A DNA stretch of 51,783 nt from Cyanobacteriota bacterium (GCA_040756535.1 JBFLZA010000001.1:1-51783), one strand, 5' to 3'. Numbered from the stretch's first letter, positions 37,901 to 47,169 are shown. The notes: a model not told the origin generated them from the sequence alone. Made by a program: numbers and translations.

Positions 37901-39576
37901 CAGCTAGTTGGGACGGAACTGTCAAACTTTGGACGAGAGAAGGTAAATTAATCACTACCCTCAAGGAAAATAAAAAAAAGCTTGATAGTGTATATGGTCT
38001 GAGTTTTAGCCCTGATGAAAAAACAATTGCTACTGCTGACGCTGGAGGAAATGTCAAACTCTGGACGAGAGAAGGTAAATTAATCAAAACCTTTAAGGGA
38101 CATGACCAGCCTATCTTGAACCTTAGTTTCAGTCCTGATGGTAATACTCTTGCCACCGCCAGTCAGGATAAAACAGTCAAACTCTGGAACCGGGACGGAA
38201 AACTACTGCGAACCTTGACTGGACATAAAGATTGGGTTTGGAGTGTGAGTTTCAGCCCCAACGGTCAGAAGATTGCTACTGCTAGTAGGGATGAAACTGT
38301 GAAACTTTGGAGCATTGAGGGAAAGGCAATCAGAACCCTAAATGCTCATAAAAATTCGGTAACTAGCGTTAGTTTTAATCCTGATGGAAAGCAGATTGCC
38401 ACCGCTGGTGCTGACAACACCGTCAAAATCTGGAGTGAATCTGGTGAAGAACTTCAGACCTTGAGCGGACATAAAGATTGGGTTTGGAGCGTCAGTTTCA
38501 GCCCTGACAGCAAGATGCTTGTCACTGCTAGCAAGGATGGAACTGCCAAACTCTGGCAATTAAAAGGGAAGAATTATCAAATTCATCAGGCGCATAACAG
38601 CGGAATTTATAGCATAAGTTTTAGTCCTGATGGGAAGGAGTATGCTACTGCTAGTAAGGACAGAACTGTCAAACTTTGGAAGCGTTCAGGTAAATTAATT
38701 AAAACTATCGAAGGGAACGACAGTGAACTCCTGAAAAACCCAGAGACCTGGTTTACTCACGTCAGTTTTAGCCCTAATGGACAAATAATTGCTACCGCTA
38801 CTAGTGATGGAAATGTGATTCTTTGGAGTCGCCAAGGAGAGAAAATTAAAAATTTCAAGGGACACGAACGAAAATGGATCTGGCAGGTAAGTTTCAGTCC
38901 TAATGGCAAGACTTTTGCCACTGCTGGTCATGACGGCACTGTTAAACTCTGGAGCTTAGATGGCAAGCTACTCAAAGCCATTGAGGCACATACAAAAGAT
39001 AAAGATGGGGAAGGGGTTAATAGCGTCAGTTTTAGTCCCGATGGCAAAATTGTCGCCACCGCTGGCTGGGACAAAAAAGTCAAACTTTGGACGAGTGAAG
39101 GTAAACCAATCAAAATCCTTAAAGGACATGAAGATGGAGTTCATAGTGTCAGTTTCAGCCCCGACGGCAAGGTGATTGCTACTGCCAGTGAGGATAAAAC
39201 TGTCAAGCTTTGGACGAGTGAAGGTAAATTCATTAGAACCATTAAAGGGCATGATGCTGGAGTCTTTCGTGTCAGATTTAGTCCAGATGGAAAAGTAATT
39301 GCTACTGCCAGTTTAGATAAGACTGTTAAACTCTGGAGTCTTGACGGTAAGGAACTGAAAACCTACAAGGGACACGATGATTCTGTTTGGAGCCTTAATT
39401 TCAGCCCCGATGGTCATACCCTTGCCTCAGCTGACAATGCCGGAAAATTAATTATGTGGGATTTGGGCTTGGAGTCAAATCAGCTACTGGTTGATGGTTG
39501 CAATTGGGTAGGTGATTATCTGAAAAACAATCCAAAAGTGAGTGAGAGCGAGCGCACTTTCTGTAACGGTAGATGA
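34912..39576 (+). CDS. CHAT protease domain, STAND-type P-loop NTPase, transmembrane helix, WD40 array
   Basis: CHAT His/Cys dyad context: ILFFAGHSE and AIFNSCDGLG. P-loop VVGASGSGKSSVVFAGLIP (about 36178-36204). TM LTIFGLTGGSLVALMLAGAAWWQW (37414-37485). About 14 WD40 units of the form V.SVSFSPDG..IATAS.DKTVKLW. Confidence 0.9.
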   Translation: MEIAVNFEFCDGDFERGFTQIKLQVTNAQRNSIQLEAQLPPIPELPVSYQIWKDKFDSLLKNSRGGFKKNQVTNLSTAECYQLEENLCNHLHQWLNPIKLQLESLFQLSPPSEIRLIIHTQNIAAEDTKDILHRLPWQEWDLFPENCHSEAALCFNSSQPNTAASEQPSTTGKIRRARIISIFGDSDNIDITADEELINKLKKRGAELIPLREPKRSEFIKLWEEPCDILFFAGHSETTDKGQTGGLYINSDDYLNLEEIRKTLRAAISKGLKLAIFNSCDGLGLARQLADLNLPYIIVWRSEVPDQLAQKFLKYFLSSYTLGQSLFVAVAEARAQLKELADDRDIEKQLPGVSWLPVICQNTTEPPPSWEDLGGLSGELPECPYHGLSAFQEKDADFFFGREKFIASLVEAVNSKPLVPVVGASGSGKSSVVFAGLIPRLRASGNVEIVSFRPGKNPFDALAVALSKYCKSLVQGQTEASGERASRLAELEFEVNLRHDETVLCHLIENIVSSSEYHRLVLVADQFEELYTLTPEDERYSFLKALLLTVRNTPALTLVLTLRADFLGIVLDEQPMGKALQQYSPLLLTPMDSEELRDAIEKPALKMKVELEEGLTGKLINDVGNHLGRLPMLEFALSKLWSKQRNWYLTHQAYEEIGGLEKALTKHASEVLKLLSKAEKQQAERVFIQLVCPGEGTEDTRRVATCNEVGKENWNLVKRLADARLLVTGWDETEKIETVEIVHEALIREWGTLREWITTNREFRIWQERFKQDVRDWENSHQNPEALLQGTRLAVAEDWYKQRGDELTPRARDFITASITRREQEQQKQRLRRQLTIFGLTGGSLVALMLAGAAWWQWQNAHFNEIKAINVSSEALLTSAQDFEALIESLKASRKLKETPTYLVFRRLQEKVDIQKQVDILLQEALYKVTERNRLEKHKDEVTNVSFSPDGKMIATASKDKTVKLWSLDGKEIKTLQGHQALVQRVRFSPTGNRIATASWDGTVKLWTREGKLITTLKENKKKLDSVYGLSFSPDEKTIATADAGGNVKLWTREGKLIKTFKGHDQPILNLSFSPDGNTLATASQDKTVKLWNRDGKLLRTLTGHKDWVWSVSFSPNGQKIATASRDETVKLWSIEGKAIRTLNAHKNSVTSVSFNPDGKQIATAGADNTVKIWSESGEELQTLSGHKDWVWSVSFSPDSKMLVTASKDGTAKLWQLKGKNYQIHQAHNSGIYSISFSPDGKEYATASKDRTVKLWKRSGKLIKTIEGNDSELLKNPETWFTHVSFSPNGQIIATATSDGNVILWSRQGEKIKNFKGHERKWIWQVSFSPNGKTFATAGHDGTVKLWSLDGKLLKAIEAHTKDKDGEGVNSVSFSPDGKIVATAGWDKKVKLWTSEGKPIKILKGHEDGVHSVSFSPDGKVIATASEDKTVKLWTSEGKFIRTIKGHDAGVFRVRFSPDGKVIATASLDKTVKLWSLDGKELKTYKGHDDSVWSLNFSPDGHTLASADNAGKLIMWDLGLESNQLLVDGCNWVGDYLKNNPKVSESERTFCNGR

Positions 39577-39599
39577 AAGCCCTTTTGTTTGTTCTCGAC

Positions 39600-40517
39600 C
39601 TAGTTGAATGGAGTTTGGTATCCGGCAAATTCGCTTAAGTAAGCGAGAATAGAAGTGCCACTTTCATCCTGAGAAACCTCATTATTAAGCAGCAGCCTGG
39701 ACACCCCTTTTTCGCCACGTAGATGGGCAGCTGCAAGAATTCCGGATTTGGTGACCAATACTCCTCCTCGTTCTTGTCCGATAAATTCTTCTATGGAGCG
39801 TCCATTCAGTTGATTTTTGAGCAGAACCCACTTGTATTGCATAGCCTCTTGAATAGCTATTTCTTGCACATTGTTCTTATTATTCAGAAAATCTTCCTTG
39901 CTATTAACTCCATGTTTTCCTGTCCATGTACCGCGCCAATAATTCTTGTCAACACCCGGTTGTCCGTAGTAAGAATTGGCTTGGTAGTACCCAAGGTCAA
40001 TAAGTAGAGCTTCCCCAAATTGGTACTTGCCGATAAAGCCCCATAGATTATTAGTATTGTTGTAAGTTGGATTTCCGGGTCCTGTTTCCCTCTTTGCAAG
40101 TGCGTTCAAAAAGTCGTTGTAACTTCCCTTGCTAGAACCCGGCGTGGGCTTAGGCTGATTAGCTCCAGGTATAACAAGCACCATCCCAGCTTGGAGTTGA
40201 GTATGGTCAGGTCCAATCACATCGTGATTAGCCTCATAGATTTTTCTCCACGACGCTTCACTGCCATCTCCGTAAAATTTCTCAGCAATCAGTGATAAAA
40301 AGTCACCAGGTTGTACGGTATATCGAGTCAGATTTGTCTGTTTTGCTTGTGCGATATAACCGCTTTTGTTGAAGACACTGTAAGCGTAGCTAGATTCAAA
40401 TGGTAAAAATGATGTGGTTAAAGCTGAACACACCACCAGTCCTATAGCATAAAGTTTGTCTATTTTTCGTGGCAATGATTTTGTTTTTGGCAACAGAGTC
40501 ATGGAACTTTTTACCAA
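39600..40517 (-). CDS. secreted LysM domain protein with lysozyme/transglycosylase-like C-terminal region (tentative)
   Basis: N-terminal hydrophobic segment LYAIGLVVCSALTTSFLPF. LysM: YTVQPGDFLSLIAEKFYGDGSEASWRKIYEANHDVIGPDHTQLQAGMVLVIPG. The C-terminal GKYQFGEALL...ILAAAHLRG resembles muramidase-like folds. Only the LysM domain is confidently recognised. Confidence 0.75.
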   Translation of the reverse strand: MVKSSMTLLPKTKSLPRKIDKLYAIGLVVCSALTTSFLPFESSYAYSVFNKSGYIAQAKQTNLTRYTVQPGDFLSLIAEKFYGDGSEASWRKIYEANHDVIGPDHTQLQAGMVLVIPGANQPKPTPGSSKGSYNDFLNALAKRETGPGNPTYNNTNNLWGFIGKYQFGEALLIDLGYYQANSYYGQPGVDKNYWRGTWTGKHGVNSKEDFLNNKNNVQEIAIQEAMQYKWVLLKNQLNGRSIEEFIGQERGGVLVTKSGILAAAHLRGEKGVSRLLLNNEVSQDESGTSILAYLSEFAGYQTPFN

Positions 40518-40595
40518 ATAAGGTTTGAGGTTTACAAGAATGTTTCTTTTGATTGTGTAATTTTCTGTTGAACGGAAGCAAGGAGAAGCTTAAGA

Positions 40596-40803
40596 TAATT
40601 GCTTGTTTGCCCTGTTTCTACTTTTAAATAGATTCAAGTCCAATCGACCTATACACTTGTGTGAGCAAAATGGAAGTTTACTCCTAACAAATACATTATG
40701 AAACCCTTATATATCAAGGTTCACAAGAAATTGCGTTTCTTTCATGTTTCACTTGCAGCGTGCCGCTAGATAGTGGCTCACATCTTGCATAGCGACACTC
40801 CCA
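40596..40803. repeat. copy 1 of a roughly 210 bp dispersed direct repeat
   Basis: TAATTGCTTGTTTGCCCTGTTTCTACTTTTAAATAGATTCAAGTCCAATCGACC...GTGCCGCTAGATAGTGGCTCACATCTTGCATAGCGACACTCC aligns along its whole length with 51087-51297. Differences are scattered substitutions and small indels. Confidence 0.85.
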
Positions 40804-40968
40804 TCACAGTGGGAACGCCGCCATAGAATAAGACGGCTTGGTAAATGAGGAGCCGTTTCCTCCATGCCTAGTGTCTGGACTGCCTTGCATCAGGTGTATA
40901 CCATCGAAATGAAAACCGCTATAGGTTTTTCATTGTCCCTATAGCTTGTTTGTTATGTTTCCCTACTG

Positions 40969-43900
40969 TTACTGAGATTGGCGTCGAGAAAGCTCTTCTG
41001 CTTTTCGTTGGTTTGCCTGGGCTGCTTGTTGATCTCCCAGACGGGTATAAGCTAGTGCTCGGTTAGTGTATGCCAAGGCATTACTAGGAGCGAGTTCGAT
41101 CGCCTTGTTGTAATCTGTGATCGCCTGTTGAGAGTTGCCCTGATGGTAGTAAGCTATTCCGCGATTGATATAAGCATTAGCATAAGTCGGATTAAGACTA
41201 ATTGCCTTACTACTATCAGCGATCGCTTTGGGGTAATCTTTCTGCTCGTTATAGGCGGCTGCCCGATTGCTGTAAGCTTTATCACTATTGGGATTGAGAG
41301 CGAGCGCTTGACTATAGTTGCTGATTGCTTGTTGGTAATTTCTTTGTCTGTGGTAGGTTAAGCCCTGATTGATGTAGACATCAACTGAGTTGAGCTTGCT
41401 CGCCTGCTTGCGATCGCTAGGGGCTTGCCTATAGTTATTCTGTCCGTTGTTAGACGAAGAGTTTGGAGACGGAACATTCTGAGGACGGACTGAGGCATTA
41501 GCAGGAGCAGATGAGCTTGGTGTATCCTGTCCATTGTTAGACGAAGGAGTTGGAGACGGAACATTCTGAGCCTGATTGTTAGGATTAGTGACGGTTGGCA
41601 CAGGGGTTTCGTCAGCGATAGTAGTTGTTTGCTTCTGTTTATTAAAGTCGTCACAAAGACGCTTATCGCTCTCATCGAGATTGGGATTCTTCTGTAGATA
41701 GTCCTGCACTAGATAGCAAATTTGCTGCCTCAGCTCCTCCACCTCACCAACTTGCCATACCCTAACCTGACCATCCGTTCCAAAGGTTGCTAGTTGCTTG
41801 CGGTTAGGGCTGAATTTTACTCTCTTAATAGCCTCTTGTTGCATTTCAAATTGTTTAAGTTCGTTGCCTGAGGTGTCCCACAGCTTGATTAAATTCTCCT
41901 CTTTCTCTGATGAACCAATGGTTACTAGTTTATTGCCGTCCGGGCTGAACACTATACTATAGATATTCTGTTGTCGCGTTGGGAATTGGTTGAGCAGGTT
42001 GCCCTGAATATCCCATAGCTTGATCTTGCCGCCCTCTCCACCAGTTGCTAATTGTTTGCCGTCTGGACTGAACGCCACATAAGCTCTTTCTTGCTGTATT
42101 GGGAATTCACCCAGGTTTTTACCATCAGTGTCCCACAACTGGGCGTTATCGTTTTCCCTTGAGGTAGTTGCCATTCGAGCGCCATCACTGCTGAACGCCA
42201 CGCTATAGATTTTCTGCTGGTTTTGGAATTTGTCGAAGTCGGTGTTCAAAATAGAACGAGGCACGAATTCGTCATCTTTGAAATCCCACAGCTTGATCGT
42301 CCCTTCGTCCTTTCCACGGGTTGCCAGTAGATTTCCTTCAAGACTAAACGCTATAAGATCAATATTTTTTTGCTCTGTTTTTATCTCCATTAGAGCGGGC
42401 TTTTTACCTGATAAGTCCCACAGCCTAACGATGTCGTCATCTTCAACAGTTGCCAGTTGATTATTTTTGGGACTGAATTCGACGAGCTTGGTTCTTCTTT
42501 TATAAAGTTCGGGGTTCGAGGTGTTCTTCCGCCTGATATTACCGTCATCTTCAATGTTCCACAGCTTAACTGTGCTATCCTTTCCGATGATTGCTAGTAC
42601 CTTGCCGTCACGACTAAACGCCACACTCTTGACATCCCTTTCGTGTGCTGGTGATGGGGCAGGTTTATTGCTCGATATGTCTAATAGCCTGACAGTGCCA
42701 TCGTCTCCGCCGATCGCCAGTAGCTTAGCGTTATGGGGATGGAACGCTAAGCTATTGATGTTTTCTTGCTGTGTCTGGAACTGTGTCTGGAATTGGTTGA
42801 TCGGATCGCCCAACTTCTTCAACAGCGTAACTGTGCCGCTCTTTCCACCGATTGCTAGTACCTCGCCGTCAGGACTAAACGCCAAATCTATTGCTATACT
42901 GTTGGGCTGCATTGGAATTTTCTTGAGCAGCTTACCCGATTGATCCGATAGATTCACCATACTGCCGCCCTTGACAAGCGTTGCCAACTTACCATCCTTG
43001 GGACTATATGCCAAGCTCTCAATAAACCCTAGGCTCGTTGGATATTGTCTGATGGATAGGGAATTGTTTTCCCTCTTGAACCTCATCGTATTTTTGTCAA
43101 TGTCAACTATCCTAGCAACGCCAACTGCATCAACGGTTATTAGCTGGCTACCGTCAGGCATGAACATTATGCTCTCGATACTCTTTTTCAGGGGGTGGGT
43201 GTAGTCGAGCTGCTTACCTGAGGAGGTATCCCAAAGACTAACCTCACCGTTTTTTGTAGCGATTGCTAAGACTTGGCTATCTTTAGGGCTGAATACCACG
43301 CTATTGACATCTTTTCGATCCGTTGAGAATAGATTTCCTTTACTCGTTGGTAGGTTGATTGACTCGCCCGACTTGGCGTTCCACAGCCTGACTGTGCCGT
43401 TCCCTGCAATAGTCGCTAGTTTCTCACCGTTAGGACTAAAGGCCACGCTCTTAACTGTTATGTCTTCGATACTCCCTTCAAGCGGTTCGATTTTGGCAAT
43501 TTCTTGGGAATTAGAAGTCTCCCACAGCCTGACTGTGTAGTCCATTCCAAGGGTTGCCAATTGCTTACTCTCAGAGCTGAACGCCATGCTAAATATATAC
43601 TCTGACTGCTTTGGCTGCTGCTGGGACTCTAAAGGGAGGGGTTGTCCTGGATTCCCATCAAACTTGCTATTTTTAATGTTCCATAGCTTGACCGTGTTAT
43701 CCTGTCCACCAATTGCCAGCTTGGTGTTATCTTTGAAGGCCACGCTATAGACATTTTTTTGATCGGTGGGTTTTAGACTGCACTTTTTGCCGTCGATGTC
43801 CCACAGTATGACTCTGTCGCTCTCTCCAACGATTGCCAGTAACTTGTTGTCAGGACTGAACGCCACATCATAGATATTCTCGCCCTTGTTGAGCTGGTCG

Positions 43901-46900
43901 CAGCTCTGAGTATTCAAAGTTGTTTTACTTGGCTTGAACTGCCAGTTGTCCTGGAAGGAGCCAAAAGGGTTCCCAAAAAATAGCAACCAGTTAAAAGGTT
44001 GGCTGATGTCGTTCTTGTTCTGAGCGACCCTGTCCCATAGCTTGATTGTGCGCTTCCCTTTGTTGTCCTCGTTAATCGTTACCAGAAACTTGCTGTCAGA
44101 AGTAAATTCCACATCACGGATTATCTGTTGCTGACTTTGCTTTGAGGTAAGGATCTCTTTACCAGAAGCGGTATCTACCGTGTTGTTCTCGTTAATTTTC
44201 CACAGCTTGACCGTACCGTCTTCTGCACCAGTTGCCAGTTGCTTGCCATCATTAGTGAACGCCAAGCTATAGACCAGCTTTTTTGTCTCTGCCGAAAAAA
44301 GCTGGATTTGTTTCGGTTGTTGGGGTTTGCTAGTATCCCAGAGCCTAACACTGCCTCTACCTCCAACGGTTGCTAGTAAATTCCTTTTAGGATTGAACGC
44401 TATCTGATAGACACTCCCTCGATCTAGCTGTAGTCGGTTGCGTTCTTTCACTGTATAAAGAACCTTGGACAGCGTTTCTCTCACTTGTGCCAGCTCTTCG
44501 TTTGGTTTGAGCAGCCCCCAAAAAGATGAACCCTTAAGGTTTTTTGTGGCTCGCAAAATATCGATAGCTGCTTCTAAATCACGATTGGATTTCAAATTGG
44601 CTTCTGCGGATTGTTGGAAAGTACGGATTTGCTCTATTTGTTTTTGCCGCCCATTGATTAAAGCCCAGAAAGTTAGCCCACTCAAGCCCAGCATAACTGC
44701 GATCGCAATCACCCACCGCAAATTAGTATTTCTACGTCTTCGCCAAACGCTTTTCTGGACAAACTCAGTTTCTACCTGGTTAAACCAGTTGTCTTTCTCA
44801 GATGTGAGTACCTGTTTTAAGACATCGAGATAGGGGTCAGCATTCCAAAGAAACCGTGCCTCTTGCTTACTTTTCCACTCAATGGCCGCTGGTGTCAGCC
44901 GCCGTTGCAGAGGTAAATCTTCCTGCTCCTCCTGCTGCCATTTCTGTAGCTTATCCCACCCACGTACTAAGGCATCGTGAGCGGGTTCAACGCATTCAAC
45001 TTCGTCGGTATTGGCTGGCTGTAGCGGGTCGGGAATCGTATATTTTACTAGAAGTCGCTCAAAAACGAAGCTGTTAATGACATTATCGGCTCGATTATTT
45101 TCGTCCGGAGCGGCATACGTCCATTCTAATTTCACCAATTTGCGGCGAGAAATCTCACCTCCTTCTAGAGAAATCATCCGAAGCATGACATTGCGGATTG
45201 TTCGCGCATACGCATCTTTTTCTTTTGGATTGTTCTCTAACAAACTCTGGTATACTTCATTTGCCTTTTTGGTAACTGACTGAGTTACGCCACCCAACTC
45301 GTTATAGTCCGCCCAAGTGATGGTGCGATCAGGAATCTCGCCCTTGTTCAGCGCGTTTATGAATCGCGTTGCTAACTTGCGATAAAGTTCACTCAACGCA
45401 AACGATAGCAAGGGTAATGCTCCTGGCATATCTGCAACTTCATGAATTAGTTGTTGAACTAGAGTACGGTTGTTTGGTTTATCCGAGCCAAATTGAATAG
45501 CTTTGACCGCCGCAGGAGCCTCGATCACTTCTTGCAGCTCCTCCCGCGTCATGGGTGGTACGATAAATCGTGCTGCATTCCAAATACGTTCCTCAAATTG
45601 CTGTTTCGATTCAACACCTTTTGATTGATTAGGCTGTTGAGCGTTCAGTAGCGATGCTAAATTTTTATGCTTTTTGAGTTCAGCTTCAACGCTTTCTCGC
45701 AGTTGGGGTTCAAAATCTAACCGCAACGTGAGAACAAGGTGTAATCTGCCTGAATACTTTTCCAGTTGCTCTGATAGTCGTCGCAGAAACTGCTCTCGCT
45801 CAGGCTGATCGCGGCATTGCGTCACTAACTCTTCAAATTGGTCAATTACCAGCAGGAATTTTGTCCCAGTAGGGATGGTATCCAGATTTGTCCCTTCGAG
45901 TGCATTTTCCAAAGTCTTTGCAGGTGACTCACCAGGACGTATCGGCTTTAGAATCTCCCACTTTTCGTGTTTGTGACGATGAGTTTGACCGTCTTGGAGC
46001 GATACCAATACCTGCGACTGCTGTGCTTCTTCTGGCGATCGCTTGAGATGGGGAATCAAACCTGCTTTGACTAGACTTGACTTACCAGAACCGGACGCAC
46101 CTAAGACAACAGTTAGGGGATGTTCGCACACGCGATCACAAAGTTCTTCAATTAACTTAGTTCTCCCAAAGAACAGTTGGCTATGCTCTTCCTCGTAGGA
46201 TTCTAAGCCTCGGTAGGGATTGCTTTCTTTGGTATCCTCCAGAGTAGGAGCAGGAGGCAGTTTCGTTTTGTCGAAGTGTTTTGTGAGAAAAACGTACACA
46301 CCCTTGTCGTGTTTTTCGTCTACTATCCATAACCCAGGAGTTTGACGTTTGTTGCGTTGAGCTGTTTCTAGCTCGATCTGGTATCGCACATACTGATACA
46401 GTTCATCGGCAGTAATGATTCCATCGCCTGCTGGCTTGTCATCTTTAGCTGGCGGATATGTATCGGCGGCTTCATCTCTTAACGCCTTCATCAAAGCAAT
46501 AGCAAAGGGGGAGTGCTCTGCATTTCCAAAATCACGGTTATTCTCCAGTACCATCTCATCAGCAGCCGTCTGATCGTGTGCTGAAGAAGTGATAACTTGC
46601 CAGGCCGGATCGTTAATGAACAAGTCAAAATTATCCCTGAAAATCTCCCTGACATGACCAAACTGTCGTGTATTAGACCACCGGAAAGCACCTGAATAAC
46701 AGCAGTCCAGAATAATCAAACAGTGACGGCAGGGTAGTTCCGCCAGTACTTTCCTCAACTGGCTCATGGATAGATATGTATTTCTATTCATAACCCCAGG
46801 TTTGGCATCCTGCGGAATCAGGAAACCCTGAGGACCGTCCTCGCTGTTGAGAGCAATGCCGTGTCCTGCAAAATAGAACAGGAGGCGATCGTCTGAACCA

Positions 46901-47169
46901 ACGGTTTCTTTGAGAGTCTTCAACAGAGCGTTGAGGTTTTCTAAGGTTGCATTCTCATCTAGCCACGCCTTGTTCTCAATCTGACTGGCTGGCTTTGATG
47001 GCGAAATTAGCGTATATTCGTGTTCACTCTCCAAAATTTCAGCGATTTTCTGGGCATCGTTAACTGCGGTTCGCAGTGGAGGAACTCCTGAGTGGTAATC
47101 ATTAATACCGATGACCACAGCATAGCTGTTCGCAAAGCCTGATTCTGATTGAGAAGTTGGTGAAGTCAT
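40969..47169 (-). CDS. caspase (peptidase C14) domain, STAND-type P-loop NTPase, transmembrane helix, WD40 array, low-complexity linker, TPR repeats
   Basis: Caspase dyad context: YAVVIGINDY, LLFYFAGHG, IILDCCYSG. P-loop VVLGASGSGKSSLVKAGLIP (46081-46101). TM LRWVIAIAVMLGLSGLTFWALI (about 44658-44721). Many divergent WD40 units. C-terminal TPRs (AISNYSQALALNPNSDKAYSNRAAAY...). Confidence 0.9.
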   Translation of the reverse strand: MTSPTSQSESGFANSYAVVIGINDYHSGVPPLRTAVNDAQKIAEILESEHEYTLISPSKPASQIENKAWLDENATLENLNALLKTLKETVGSDDRLLFYFAGHGIALNSEDGPQGFLIPQDAKPGVMNRNTYLSMSQLRKVLAELPCRHCLIILDCCYSGAFRWSNTRQFGHVREIFRDNFDLFINDPAWQVITSSAHDQTAADEMVLENNRDFGNAEHSPFAIALMKALRDEAADTYPPAKDDKPAGDGIITADELYQYVRYQIELETAQRNKRQTPGLWIVDEKHDKGVYVFLTKHFDKTKLPPAPTLEDTKESNPYRGLESYEEEHSQLFFGRTKLIEELCDRVCEHPLTVVLGASGSGKSSLVKAGLIPHLKRSPEEAQQSQVLVSLQDGQTHRHKHEKWEILKPIRPGESPAKTLENALEGTNLDTIPTGTKFLLVIDQFEELVTQCRDQPEREQFLRRLSEQLEKYSGRLHLVLTLRLDFEPQLRESVEAELKKHKNLASLLNAQQPNQSKGVESKQQFEERIWNAARFIVPPMTREELQEVIEAPAAVKAIQFGSDKPNNRTLVQQLIHEVADMPGALPLLSFALSELYRKLATRFINALNKGEIPDRTITWADYNELGGVTQSVTKKANEVYQSLLENNPKEKDAYARTIRNVMLRMISLEGGEISRRKLVKLEWTYAAPDENNRADNVINSFVFERLLVKYTIPDPLQPANTDEVECVEPAHDALVRGWDKLQKWQQEEQEDLPLQRRLTPAAIEWKSKQEARFLWNADPYLDVLKQVLTSEKDNWFNQVETEFVQKSVWRRRRNTNLRWVIAIAVMLGLSGLTFWALINGRQKQIEQIRTFQQSAEANLKSNRDLEAAIDILRATKNLKGSSFWGLLKPNEELAQVRETLSKVLYTVKERNRLQLDRGSVYQIAFNPKRNLLATVGGRGSVRLWDTSKPQQPKQIQLFSAETKKLVYSLAFTNDGKQLATGAEDGTVKLWKINENNTVDTASGKEILTSKQSQQQIIRDVEFTSDSKFLVTINEDNKGKRTIKLWDRVAQNKNDISQPFNWLLFFGNPFGSFQDNWQFKPSKTTLNTQSCDQLNKGENIYDVAFSPDNKLLAIVGESDRVILWDIDGKKCSLKPTDQKNVYSVAFKDNTKLAIGGQDNTVKLWNIKNSKFDGNPGQPLPLESQQQPKQSEYIFSMAFSSESKQLATLGMDYTVRLWETSNSQEIAKIEPLEGSIEDITVKSVAFSPNGEKLATIAGNGTVRLWNAKSGESINLPTSKGNLFSTDRKDVNSVVFSPKDSQVLAIATKNGEVSLWDTSSGKQLDYTHPLKKSIESIMFMPDGSQLITVDAVGVARIVDIDKNTMRFKRENNSLSIRQYPTSLGFIESLAYSPKDGKLATLVKGGSMVNLSDQSGKLLKKIPMQPNSIAIDLAFSPDGEVLAIGGKSGTVTLLKKLGDPINQFQTQFQTQQENINSLAFHPHNAKLLAIGGDDGTVRLLDISSNKPAPSPAHERDVKSVAFSRDGKVLAIIGKDSTVKLWNIEDDGNIRRKNTSNPELYKRRTKLVEFSPKNNQLATVEDDDIVRLWDLSGKKPALMEIKTEQKNIDLIAFSLEGNLLATRGKDEGTIKLWDFKDDEFVPRSILNTDFDKFQNQQKIYSVAFSSDGARMATTSRENDNAQLWDTDGKNLGEFPIQQERAYVAFSPDGKQLATGGEGGKIKLWDIQGNLLNQFPTRQQNIYSIVFSPDGNKLVTIGSSEKEENLIKLWDTSGNELKQFEMQQEAIKRVKFSPNRKQLATFGTDGQVRVWQVGEVEELRQQICYLVQDYLQKNPNLDESDKRLCDDFNKQKQTTTIADETPVPTVTNPNNQAQNVPSPTPSSNNGQDTPSSSAPANASVRPQNVPSPNSSSNNGQNNYRQAPSDRKQASKLNSVDVYINQGLTYHRQRNYQQAISNYSQALALNPNSDKAYSNRAAAYNEQKDYPKAIADSSKAISLNPTYANAYINRGIAYYHQGNSQQAITDYNKAIELAPSNALAYTNRALAYTRLGDQQAAQANQRKAEELSRRQSQ

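Noticed and set aside
40630-40660. tRNA-like T-loop motif (GATTCAAGTCC) inside the 210 bp repeat, which might indicate a tRNA 3' end duplicated at an att site
   Set aside because: The flanking bases cannot form a T-stem or acceptor stem. I could not draw a cloverleaf in either copy.
35148-45283. Many 60-140 aa ORFs on both strands inside the WD40/caspase genes (for example 37848..38156, 38968..39252, 42521..42943)
   Set aside because: They are alternative-frame or antisense shadows of long repeat-coding genes. They have low-complexity composition and are fully contained in much longer ORFs with clear domain content.
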